Assembly (NCBI RefSeq): GCF_006345805.1
Contig: NC_043008.1
Location: 24,924,001-24,988,000 of the forward strand
Direction: 5' to 3'
Source of the DNA: Octopus sinensis
Lineage: Eukaryota
DNA length: 64,000 bases
Part shown: positions 28,993 through 40,803 of the stretch, in pieces
Layout: every line of letters starts with the position of its first letter
Numbering within the stretch: position 1 is the stretch's first letter
The notes under the pieces: model-generated
Databases searched by the model: none
What the model saw: the letters and a program-made list of their open reading frames with translations, nothing else
Told to the model about the DNA's origin: nothing
Position numbers and translations under genes: made by a program

Positions 28993-29292
28993 ATATATAT
29001 ATATATATTATATATATATATAATATATATATATATATTTAGTATATATATATATATATATATATATAATATGTATATATATTTTTTGTTTCTGTGGTTG
29101 TCCTTCCATAACCGTTTGAAAAGCAGTGTAGGTATGTATGCTACGTCCCTGTAACATAGCGGCTCAGCAAAAGACCGATAGAATAAGTACCACGCTTTAA
29201 CACAATAAGTTTGGGGACGATTTCTCCGACTAAAGGTGGTGCATCAGTATGGCTGCAGTCAAATGACTGAAACAGGTAAAAGAATAAAAGAA
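28787..29292 (+). mobile_element. tRNA-derived SINE with internal microsatellite
   Basis: A-box-like TGGCTGTGTGG, B-box-like GGTTCAGTCCC, a conserved body, an internal TA-rich tract and the tail CAGTCAAATGACTGAAACAGGTAAAAGAATAAAAG. A homolog lies at 29741-30235. Confidence 0.8.
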
Positions 29293-29373
29293 AATGATAG
29301 AATGTGTGTGTGTGTGTGTGCGTGGATATATATACTGGCATAGATGGCAACATTTGAAATATTGTTGTTGTTT

Positions 29374-29446
29374 ATGCAGCTGATGAAGATAAATCAATTA
29401 TACGATTGGCATTCGTATTTTGAAAAATCCGAAACCAGTACTGCAT
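29374..29446 (+). ncRNA. Type I minimal hammerhead ribozyme motif with canonical core
   Basis: Stem I ATGCAG/CTGCAT, core CTGATGA (29380-29386), stem II AGAT..TCAA..ATACGA/TCGTAT..TTGA..ATCC, GAAA (29431-29434), short stem III, cleavage triplet GTA (29438-29440). Confidence 0.7.
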
Positions 29447-29628
29447 TATCCGTTATCTAGGTTTTTCTTTTTTCAGATGTTCTTCCTAGAGGTAAGACAT
29501 TTTTTTCATGTTTGTTGCACGCACGCATCTTTACTAGTACATACGCAGTGAAGCTATACATTAGCGTCGTATTTATTACGTTCGCTATTTTCCAGTAAAT
29601 ATCGATACTTCGTTGTATCATTTATTTA

Positions 29629-29688
<60 letters not shown>

Positions 29689-29696
29689 CACATACG

Positions 29697-29740
<44 letters not shown>

Positions 29741-29741
<1 letters not shown>

Positions 29742-30038
29742 TCTTTTATTCTTTTACTTGTTTCAGTCATTTGACTGCGGCAATGCTGGAGCACCGCCTT
29801 TAGTCGAGCAAATCAACCTCAGGACTTATTCTTTGTAAGTCTGGTACCTATTCTATCGGTCACTTTTGCCGAACCACTAAATTACGGAGATGTAAACTCT
29901 CCAGCATCGGTTGTGAAGCGATGTTGGTGGGACAAATACAGACACACAAACATACACACACGCATACACACACTCGCACACACACACACACACCACACAC
30001 ACACACACACACACACCACACACACACACACATATATA

Positions 30039-30078
<40 letters not shown>

Positions 30079-30235
30079 TATATATACGACTGGCTTCTTT
30101 CAGTTTCCGTCTACCAAATCCAGTCAAAGACTTTGGTCGGCCCGAGGCTATAATAGAAGAGTTGCCACGCGGTGGAACTGAACCAGGAACCATGTGGTTG
30201 GTGACCAAGCTACTTACCACACAGCAACCCCTGTA
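29741..30235 (-). mobile_element. tRNA-derived SINE, same family as 28787-29292
   Basis: The reverse complement shows the same head (GCTGTGTGGTAAGTAGCTTG...GGTTCAGTTCCAC), body, internal microsatellite and TAAAAGAA tail. Confidence 0.8.
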
Positions 30236-32357
30236 TGCACATATATGTATGTATACAAGTATGCACATACAGTATTTGTATAAATCCGCATGTGTAAATA
30301 TTAACAACGTAAATCTTATTTTGCACTGTCCTTACGCAAAGTTTCACGTTTTTTTCCACTCAGATTTTAATCTAATGTCCATCTTGCATAAATGTTATAT
30401 CATTGGCTTAAACATGGCTTATAAAATGAGGTTTTATACTTTAAAAGTATACAATGTAAGTCGTAGCATTTAGAATTGCTTAAATTTGACAATTGACAGC
30501 TATAGAGGTAAACAGGAAAAAATATATCTAAATATACCTAATAGAAATAAATCAATAAGAATAAATCAAGAATACTGTGAGGCAAAGATATAAATATGGA
30601 TGTAGACAAGAAAATAAGTGTCACAGAGATGTAAAATACAAACGAACATTTAAAACAGGAAGGAAAGAATGCAAAACGATTACGAAAACGTAAAAGGAAC
30701 TAAAGGAAACGAGAAGGATGAACAATGATAACTATAAAGAGCATAAATTGAAACTGTAGAGGAAGGCAAATATAAAAAGATGTAAAAGTAAAAATATGGA
30801 GTAGTAGTGTTGCTGTTGTAGAAGAAAAGGAATAAAAGGAAAAAATTGGAGCTAGCGAATTTTCGAACGTTCAGTGCGTAAGATACAACAATACAATAGA
30901 TAAAACATGTTTGAGATCAAATAAATTAATAATAATATATAAATTTACGACATCTCACTATGCGCAACGTAAATGCATAAGAATATATAAAGCTATAAGA
31001 ATATCGCGCGTTGTGGGCAAAAAGCAAAAAGGAAAAAAGTGACAAAGGAAAGGATGTTAATGTCTGAAAGCCTAGGGGTGGTGAGAAGTAGTTACTCGTA
31101 AATTTATATACAAATACTAAAGAGAAAAGGACAGAAAATAAGAATTTAAAATAAGATTTAAAAAATGAATTATTTTCATGACTGCTCTTCAAAATGAGTT
31201 CGTTGCGCTATTTACCAACTTGAGATAAAAAAAAGTTGCCAAAATTACACAAACAGAACGATTTACTTTTTCTTGTATATGGTCTTCCGAATTCAACCAA
31301 TGACTGCTATCAAAGTGATGCACTTTATATAGCGGGAAATTAACAAGGCATCATCTCCATCAATGCCATCAAAATGGTAAGGAGTGTCGGTCATAATTAA
31401 TAACATTAATTCCAGAATGATTTTAAGGGTAAAGTTGATGCCAATCTCTTTAGCATTCAAGAGAAATTATGGGTAAATGTGAAACCAGATAAATTTACAA
31501 TTATATCAAATATGTATTTGTCTGACCCAATTATTTAAAGGAGAATTATTTTTTCTATAAATCGAAGCAGATGGCATGACTACTTTTTAAGTTATTCTCA
31601 ACTAAAATATGTTTAATATCTACAAGCACGCCGTTTATTACCAAGTTAATCGGCCTACAATGCGGTACGCATTAAATTTGTGCTTGCGACTTTTAAACTG
31701 AATATTGGATTTACCTGGTGCAAAAAGTATATCATTGATTCTTAATGCATGAGTCTAATTGTGTGATAAGCAACAGTTAATTTCTATATCACCACTTCCA
31801 CCATTTAGTTTTTCTTTTTGTTTCATTCTCTTAATTGTATTTCATTTTTATTTTTCCTTTGCATATCATTTTGCTTCTAGCAATGCTCCGTTTCTTATGC
31901 CCTTCTTTCTCTATGACTTTGCCTCAGTTTTTACATCTGTATTCGTATCTATTTTTATTTATATCTCATATTTATAAATCAAAAATCATAATCTAACTAT
32001 TTTAAATATTCACCTTTATATAACAGATAGCTAGATATGAGAAAATAACTCTTTATTAGCCATAACATAATCAACTATATAAACTGTATGCGATCATCTG
32101 TAGCATTATAAACCTTTACTGCTATCCACATGCAACATCACGAAAATCGGAATAAATGTTTCTGTAAAATCTTATTAATTTATTGGTGTTACTTTATGAC
32201 ATTTTCACTTTATGCGTATATCTATGTGCTACTGTGTATGTGTGTATTATAGGCTTTCAAACTAAGTGGTTTAAGATGATCTTAACATTGTGCAACGTCT
32301 AAGTCATTCACATCCATAAGAGTCATAGATTGTTCTTCTTTTGTTACATATACACAC

Positions 32358-32388
<31 letters not shown>

Positions 32389-32594
32389 TGTATGTATGTA
32401 TGTACGTAGGTATTTAGAATGTTACGTGTTCTTTATAGTTTGGAGAGAATGTCGTGAATAGATTTCTTATTATTTAGACAAAGTCTTCGTACCTGCTTAC
32501 CACAATTAAACAGAATCACAGAATATGCATAACAGCACAAGTATGAGCGGTTTGTTGTGAAATTGATTTCACAGTTTAGCGCAACGCCAGTAAG

Positions 32595-32700
32595 TTCAGG
32601 GAATCGAAGGGGTGAAAGGCCAAGTCGACCTCGGTGGAATTTGATATCAGAGCGTAACGACGAGCGAAATGCTAACGATTCAGCCAACTGAGCACCTTAG
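32595..32700 (-). mobile_element. SINE fragment (second family, conserved central domain)
   Basis: Reverse complement ...AAATTCCACCGAGGTCGACTTGGCCTTTCACCCCTTCG is shared with 44435-44580 and 50510-50845. Confidence 0.6.
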
Positions 32701-32762
32701 TTTCTTGTAAAGTTATTTACAGATTAGCATAGAGACAGATCAACTGACATCGAATAACTAAC

Positions 32763-32819
<57 letters not shown>

Positions 32820-33094
32820 CAATAAACAGATTCAAACATGGTATGTTTCAAACAAACTGATATTTACACGTATATGAATATACATACAAGGTATATACAA
32901 AGATGCAGGCAGATAAAGATATACAAAGATAGATATAGCCATCTATTATGCTTACTCGCTCTTGATTGACTACTTACTGCATAACTTGGCTTTGTTATCG
33001 ATTATATATATAAATATAAATTTCCAGATCCATTCTTTATATATATATAAATTACAAGATCCATTCTTGTTGCTTATTTTTGGTTATATATATA

Positions 33095-33139
<45 letters not shown>

Positions 33140-33142
<3 letters not shown>

Positions 33143-33640
33143 CCAAAAATAAGCAACAAGAATGGATCTGGTAATTTAGTACAATTGTTTCATACTATAA
33201 CAATTTATTAAAGCTGCAAATATTACAGAAGATATAATATATCAAGTAATATTCAGCTAATTTCATATAGGTTTTCCAATAATGTAAAGTTCTCAAATCA
33301 ATTAGTAACATCCTAGAGAAGGTAAATATACCGATAAAGCTGTAGATATGAAATTCACGAAGTTGAAGTAGGATGCCAAGCAGACCAAGATTACGTTCAC
33401 AGCTAAATGTTGCAAGAAAAATTTCTTTAGTTATTGGAATGGTAGTAGGGGTAGGTTAAGGAAGCACGTTAGCTAGAGAAAAGAAAGGAAGGGGAAAAAA
33501 TTTAGGGGATGTAAAAGGACAAAAACAGATTGACACTAGAATAAAGGGTCAGTCTATTTCTATGGTGAAAGAAAAAAAAATATATATATAAGTTAATTAT
33601 GATTTATAGATAGCTATTTTAATTAAATACTCTGTGTGTG
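33140..33640 (-). mobile_element. PLE-type terminal region with degenerate hammerhead (33174-33262)
   Basis: Minus strand AATTAG-CTGAATA-T-TACT...AGTA-T-GAAA-CAATT-GTA-CTAAATT with palindromic stem III ACAATTGT. The 3' tail ends in (TA)n. Confidence 0.5.
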
Positions 33641-33904
33641 TGCACCAATTTTGACCCTCCGCAAAATCCCAAATATTATTCAATTTGCTTTGCGGGAGTA
33701 ACTGTTTTATCGAAAGCATATATAGCTCGAAATACAAAAGTAGAAAAATGGTCAAGAACTTATGAAAGGTCGTTCTTTATACTGTTTCTCTTGTTTTTCA
33801 TTTCTGTCTTTCGATGTTCAACAAAATAGTTCATATTCCATGTACTCGTATTTCGTATTTTTTGTTGGATAAGTTTTGTGACGTCCTGTGCTCTCATATG
33901 CATA

Positions 33905-35540
33905 TATATATCGTCGGCATCCGTCCGTCTAGAGAGACGATGGTGTAGCTCGGAAAAAGTGGTGGGTTTAACTGCACTTCCTGGTGTGGTTGTGCAGACC
34001 AATCATCGAGTGGCAGTCTCTACCACATCTGGTGCAAGTGAAAGGGGGTGAGAGCTGTGGTTGCTGCTGCTGCTCATTTCGCCTGATTCTCTTTAGTTTG
34101 GCAGTAGTGGTCCTCAGAGTCTCTGTTGTCATGGCACCGTGCTTGAAACTGTGTTGCCAGGCGCTCCAGTCGGCAGCAGCGGGTTCCGATGTTTGGGTGT
34201 TGATCTGGCATAGCTTTAGGTCCTTCTTGCAGATATCATTGAAGCTCAGTTTGGGACGTCCCATTGTTCTGGAGCCTTCAGCTAGCTGCCCGTACAGTAG
34301 GTCCTTTGGAATCCATCCTGCATCCATTCGGCTGACATGATCTAGCCACCGACGACGCCTCTCACAGAGTGATGTTTGCATGCTGTACATGTTGGCACGG
34401 TCCAAAACCTCTGTGCTAGTGATCATGTGCTGCCATTTGGTATGGAGAATGCGCTGCAGGCAACTTAGGTGGAAGCTATTGAGTTGTTTCTCGTGTCGGG
34501 CGTAGGTGGTCCATGTCTCGCTTCCGTGCAGCAGTATGCTCAGTACGCATGCTCAGTAAACTCTCAGTTTAGTATTCTGAGTGAGACTGGTGTTGTTCCA
34601 TAAACGTTTGTTAAGCTTGGCCATTACCGCTGTTGCCTTGCCGATTCTGCTCGTAACCTCTGTGTTGATGGACACAGAGTTGGATATAGTGGACCCGGGA
34701 TAGGTGACGTTGTCGACCACTGCTAGGTTGTAGCCATCTATGCAGATTGATGGGTTATGCTCTGCATCCTGCCCCATGAAGTCTGTCTTCTTCAGGCTGA
34801 TATTTAGACCAAATTCTTTGCAGGCGTGGGACATACAGCTTACAAGTTCTTGGAGCCCAACTTTTGTATGTGACGTCAGTGCTGCGTAATCTGCGAAGAG
34901 CATCTCCCGAATGAGTACCTTAGCGACTTTGGTTTTGGCTCGTAGACGGGCGATGTTGAAAAGCTTGCCGTCGCACCTGGTATGGATGTAGACTCCCTCC
35001 TTGCTGGTCTTAAAAGCAAACAGTAGGAGGAGCGAGAAGAATATTCTGAAGAGTGTTGGTGCAAGAACACAACCTTGTTTCACTCCGCTGCTGACTGGGA
35101 AGGCTTCCGATGTTGCGCCGTTGTAACAGACAGTGCTGTGCATGTTGTCGTGAAATGAGGTTATTAATTTGAGCAGGTGCGGTGGGTATCCTATTTTCTG
35201 TAGAAGTGTAAAGAGTTCATTCCTGCTGACGAGATCGAATGCCTTTGTGAGGTCAATGAAAGCTATATAGAGAGGCATCTGCTGTTCTAGGCACTTCTCT
35301 TGCAGTTGTCGTAGTGAGAATATCATGTCCACTGGGGATCGTCTTGCTCTGAAACCACACTGTGACTCCGGGTAAACACGGATTGCCAAGGTCTGTGGGC
35401 GCGCTAGTGTGACTCGTGCGAAGGCTTTACTGACTACACTGAGTGGAGAGATACTTCTGTAGTTGTTGCAGTCGCTGCGATCACCTTTGTTTTTGTACAG
35501 CATGACGATTTTAGCGTCTCTCATGTCTTGCGGTATATGA
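33905..35540 (-). mobile_element. RTE (BovB-like) LINE, 5'-truncated
   Basis: YKNKGDRSDCNNYR, ESQCGFR, FIDLTKAFD, GVKQGCVLAPTLF, LFADY (YADD mutated), RRRWLDHVSRM...PKDLLYG, a C-terminal CTRCGRDCHSMIGLHNH zinc finger and an RTE-type 3' stem-loop. Internal stop present. Confidence 0.92.
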
Positions 35541-35662
35541 CCATATATATATGTATATGCGGTGCCCCAGCATGTGACCATATATATATATATATATATA
35601 TATGCGGTGCCCCAGCATGGCCACAACTCATGAGCTGAAACTAGTTAAGATAAAATAAAATA

Positions 35663-35696
<34 letters not shown>

Positions 35697-35703
35697 CACA
35701 CGC

Positions 35704-35758
<55 letters not shown>

Positions 35759-35761
<3 letters not shown>

Positions 35762-36561
35762 ATAAAACGGTAAGATAACAAAAGAAAGAAAGAGACCTCA
35801 ATATTATGTAAATAGAGGAAATTTATCTATACAATATGTTACATTACTCGGTAGTCAAGATAAAACTCTGAGTTTCAGATGCCGAAGTGGAAATCCACAA
35901 CATCATCTCTTCGGTTATCTGGCTATTTGAAAACGTTATGAAAAAATACCGTTAAAAATGAAGGGAAATTACTCTGTTATAACTCTGCTTTGCCTGCGTA
36001 CTTATACATCGCTCGCATTTTTCGTCATAAAAATTATATAAAAATACATAAAAATATATAAAAATATATAAAAATATATAAAATCTTCTTGGGACATAAC
36101 ACAGAAAGCATGTTCTATCCGTTTTCTTTAGGGGACCAAAAACGTAACAGAAATTTAGTCACATGTGGGCATGATCCGAAAAGCTCTAAATACAAGGACA
36201 GAGCTTTTCGGATCATGCCCACATGTGACTAAATTTCTGTTACGTTTTTGGTCCCCTAAAGAAAACGGATAGAACATGCTTTCTGTGTTATGTCCCAAGA
36301 AGATTTTATATATTTATATATTTTTATATATTTTTATGTATTTTTATATAATTTTTATGACGAAAAATGCGAGCGATGTATAAGTACGCAGGCAAAGCAG
36401 AGTTATAACAGAGTAATTTCCCTTCATTTTTAACGGTATTTTTTCATAACGTTTTCAAATAGCCAGATAACCGAAGAGATGGTGTTGTGGATTTCCACTT
36501 CGGCATCTGAAACTCAGAGTTTTATCTTGACTACCGAGTAATGTAACATATTGTATAGATA
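35759..36561. repeat. Long near-perfect inverted repeat made of two head-to-head copies of a small element in (TA)n
   Basis: Arms 35824-36187 and 36200-36561 around a 12 nt spacer AAATACAAGGAC. By eye they differ by one substitution and one 2 bp indel. The left copy extends ~65 bp further, to 35759. Confidence 0.95.
36465..36527 (+). ncRNA. Variant type I hammerhead motif (also 63644-63706, and the minus-strand mirror copies)
   Basis: Stem I AGATAA/TTATCT, core CCGAAGA (U4C), stem II GATG..GTGGA-TT-TCCAC..CATC, an extra T, GAAA, near-palindromic stem III AACTC-A-GAGTT, triplet GTT. Confidence 0.6.
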
Positions 36562-36981
36562 TATATATATATATATATATATTTGTAAAAAATGAAGTTC
36601 GAAAATGCTGCTATATTATACAATTTTTAATTTTTATACATACATTATATGTTTCAGTTCCTGAAATGAACCTTATCAAAAAAAGTTATATATAAAAAAA
36701 GACAGCTCATGCCGTCAAACACAAGAAATTCATTTATAATACACAACGGAGTCAGACATCTTAGAGTTCATGTATAGTTGATATATAGTTTGAAGTAAGT
36801 TCATTCATGCTATATGTTCAAAGTGTTCGATGCAGTGGCCCACTGTGGCGATACGTATTCAATACAAAAAACAGATCAAAGTGGTGGAAAGCAGTCAAGA
36901 TTGATGTTTCCGAAAGAGCGAGGAATTCATTTTTACCTTAAGGAATTGTGATGACCCATGGTGGGTGTTCGCTGGGTGGTT

Positions 36982-39330
36982 AGATAAACTTAGATATGTT
37001 TCAACCAAAGATTGGTCCAGGTCATATCTAACTTAATAGCACCACCTGATATGATTATCTAAATCCTGTTTAAGTCAAGTTTTGTTTGTGGTCCATTCAA
37101 GTAGTGAGTTTTTGTTGGGTGAGTTGTATCCAATTATGGGTGGCTTATCTGGTATTCCTTGAAGTAATCTATCCACACTCCGTTTAAAGTTGATGGGATT
37201 CTTTTCCTCTTTCATCTCTTACGGGACAATGTTAAATAGGGCAGGGCTTGTTGAGGAAAAGAAATTATGTTGCCGTGTACATGTATGCTGTGATCTTGAA
37301 TTGGGCAGGGGACGTATGGCCCGTGGTCCCAGTCTTGGAGGAACCTTGAAGCTAATGTTCAGGTCGTTTGGGCAAAGTTGGCGGTATATTCTCCACATCG
37401 TGCAAATGATGTACCGCTCACGGCGGCGCTGGAGAGGTTAGAGTTTCAAGGCTTTAAGGCGGTCTCAATAATTGAGAGTAGCCATGCCTTCAATTCGTGT
37501 AGTGAGTGCCCTCTGGGGTGATTCAATCTTCGAGATGTTTTGTCTTGTATGGAGAGACCACAGTGGGCAGCAGTATTCGAGGTGTGGCCGTACAAAGGAG
37601 GAGAAAAGTGGTATGATGACACCTTGTTCTCTGGACCGGAAGGTTCTTAAGATCCAGGAACTCATCCTACGAGCTATATCGACTTTATTGTTGATGTGGG
37701 CACTCCAACTGAGATTGTCATCAACAATTACGCCCAGGTCTCTGATATTGTTAGAGGCTGTGAGCGGTTCCCCTGAAGGAAGAGAGTATGGCTGTTTTAG
37801 TGTGGACTTTCTTCTAAAATGCATCAGCTCGTTCAGTTACATTTTCCCTCGTTCAGTTACATTTTGTTCCTCTCTGCCCATTGACTCACAGCATATAGAT
37901 CAGACTGGAGTTGAGTTTGGTCTGCTTCTTCATTGATGATTTGCTGGTACTTAGTGTCATCAGCAAATATTTCCACATTGCAGTAATGTACGACACTGGA
38001 AAGGTCGTTTATATAAATTATGAAGAGTAGCGGGCCCAAGACAGCCCCCTGGGGGACACCGCTGGTGACTTTTGCTGGGCTTGAGTGGACTCCATCAACT
38101 ACAACATGTTGTGTTCTATTCGCCAGGAAATACTTAATCCAGTGTAGAAGAAGTTTTCCACGGATTCCAACATTTGCCAATTTTGAGAGTAGGATATTAT
38201 GGTCAACCCTGTCGAATGCTTTACTGAAGTCAAGATATATGACATCAGAGTTCGAACCTGTTCCCAAGGCTTTAAGTATATCTTCAATGTGGTGTAAGAG
38301 CTGTGTTAGACAGTCCCTGCCACAGCGAAAGCCATGCTGATTTGCATTTAGGAGTTTGTGGGTCTCCAGGAAGTCAGCTATCCTTGATCTTAACACTCTT
38401 TCAAACACTTTAATGATGTGGGAGGTGAGTGAGATTGGGCGATAGTTGACTGCAAGGGATCTGATTCCCTGTTTGAAAACTGGGATGACAGACTGTGATA
38501 GAAGCTGTTTCAGTATATAACCTGAGTCTAATGAATTTCTCCAGAGGTTGGTCAGAGGGACTGCAAGTTAGTGTCTACATTCCTTCAGGAGACTAGCGGG
38601 GAATCTATCAGGGCCTACAGCAGAGTAGTATTTGACCTCATTTATTACTGCAATGATGTCAGAGGCAGTGAAGGCTATGTCTGAGATTTTATGTTGGGCA
38701 TCAACTTCGTTCGCTTCTCTTACGTAAATATCAGTGGGAACACTAAAGACAAAGCAGCATTGTTTCTGCAGTATTTCTGCCATTTCTTTAGCATCGTGTT
38801 TGGGAATGGCGTTATCATTAATCAATGGCCCAATGGGTGAGACAGTGGTTCTATGCTTACTTGCATACGAATAGAACACTTTTGGGTTCTGTTTGATGTT
38901 TTTGATTACCCACTGTTCCTCCGCAGCTCTTTGATTTTCAATGGAGGTTTTTATGTCGGTCTGCAGATGAAGTTTTTCCAACTCCAGTCTTTTCATTGTT
39001 GTTGAATGTGGATGTTGCATGTGGGAATATTTTAATTGGTTGATTTTTTTATTGAGTCTTTTGATGCGCCTGATGAGGGTTTTTTTCTTTTTAGGGAGCC
39101 GGTTTCTGTTTGTCTTAGTGGATTTTGTAGAAGCGTGTTTAGAACATGTATAGGTGACAATGTTCTCAAAGTGCTGCCATGCGGTCTCAATTTGGGTGGA
39201 ATTGAGAGTAAAAGACCAGTCGATGAAAGACAGATCCTTTCTGATTGCTCCCCTTCTGATTACTCTCTTGGGTAATTCCATGTGTTTTGTTTAAGACTGC
39301 CTATATTTCTTAGTGTAATTAATAACATTT
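36982..39330 (-). mobile_element. CR1/L2-group LINE ORF2, 5'-truncated, with stops and frameshifts
   Basis: NPKVFYSY, GPDRFP, NYRPISLTSH, NQHGFR, YLDFSKAFDRVDH, SGVPQGAVLGPLLFIIYINDL, FADDTK, RDLGVIVD, VRPHLEYCCPLW, IPDKP...NSL; tail of TATCTAA repeats. Confidence 0.9.
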
Positions 39331-39839
39331 CTATGGATAAGGAGAATGGAGATTTTCACATTGATAAATTTTATTTAACAGTTATTTACAGCATACTGTC
39401 CGAACCTACACATGCTTCAACTGCAGCGGCTGCACATTGTTGGATATGCAACCTTGCATCATGGACGGTTTGGGTTAGGGTTAGGGTCCTTAACTCTAGA
39501 CCGTTTGAAGTACACCGAATGAATATATAAACCGATTTAATCAAGTTTTTGCTTATTGGTGTTCAGCAGGAGGTAGTGGTGTTACTATTAACACTGGTAG
39601 GAATGTTGACATAAGGTTCCCCTCTACTATCGTTGTAAGTGAAGCAAAACATGGTCTTAAAAATAGGTTATGGTTATGTAGATTTCTTATTAATAGTGTA
39701 TTGTTCCACGTGTTGCGTAGAGTACATTATTAATGTAGAGATATATTATTAGGTTTGATTTATTAGGTAAGCGGGGATCTTGGCTCAATAATTATAATAA
39801 TAATTATTATACATAGTGTGATGTGTTCATTTGAATTGT

Positions 39840-40200
39840 TTAAATATATATCTTCTTGTGTGAAGACACCCCAGTGCTCGTTTCCGTTTTGTGTTTATTA
39901 GAGTAAATTTTGAAGTGAAAATTTGATACATTTCTTCTACGCAAAAGTTGCATCTCTTATCAACTAATATAACTATTCGTTCACCTATTCTATAAGGTTT
40001 AATAATAATAACTTCACTGCTAATATCCCAGCCAATTGAACATATTTTGTTACTATCTTTAAGTGACCAAATTAGCTTACTGAGGCTAGTGATTTTTATT
40101 TTGTGTCTATATTTAAAGAATTTAAATTGTTAGTTACCCTTTGTTTGACAAAACGTGGGCTAGCATCAATATAAAAGTACTCCTTTTTTTCCTGAGGTAA
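39840..40200 (-). mobile_element. Penelope-like GIY-YIG endonuclease C-terminal fragment
   Basis: YFYIDAS..FVKQR.......TSLSKLIWSLKD....IGWDI....KPY...KRCNFCVEE matches the PLE pattern YIG...FK.R...T.LS..IW.LK...W.I...C.LC..E. Confidence 0.6.
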
Positions 40201-40803
40201 CCTTACATGTGCCTGAATTCATTTAAAAATAGTGTTAGTCTCAGTGAGTTTCTCTACGTTCTATGTCTATACATATCGTATATCAGTTTCCCCATATACA
40301 TTTACGCTATGTCCTACTATTAACATGTCTACGGTTAAATTCCTTGTGTGAATAAAATGTCCATATACTAAAACTGATGACTTTCTATCATTGCAGAGGT
40401 CTTGTTACATGAAAGTTATTCGAGTTATTCATGTTTAGTTATCAATATCATATACGAGCAAGCCATGAAACGTTCCGTTCCAATATTGCCTCTCATAATG
40501 TGATGATGTAAAAATTGCGTAAGACAAACCTTACGCTGTTCAGCGATATATTTTTTACTGAAACACGAGTAACGAAGAACTATAAACACTCCTATAGTGT
40601 TATATATATATTCTTAATGCATTTCAGGGTATTGCTTGAAACCATGCATGGTACAGGAAATAATGGGTAAATGTTTTTATTTTTCATTCCCTTTCGAAAT
40701 TACTCCTAATAGTGGTTTATAGTTTAACTACTCTTTCTAGCGAGTCAGATGTCCTGTTATGGCCATCTCTTATGTTTTTAAATGTAAACTATATATATAT
40801 ATA

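Noticed and set aside
36625-36690. Hammerhead-like TTGATAA-GGTTC..GAACT-GAAAC on the minus strand; a similar weak case at 54604-54662
   Set aside because: Core mutated or GAAA missing, and stem I unconvincing in very AT-rich sequence.
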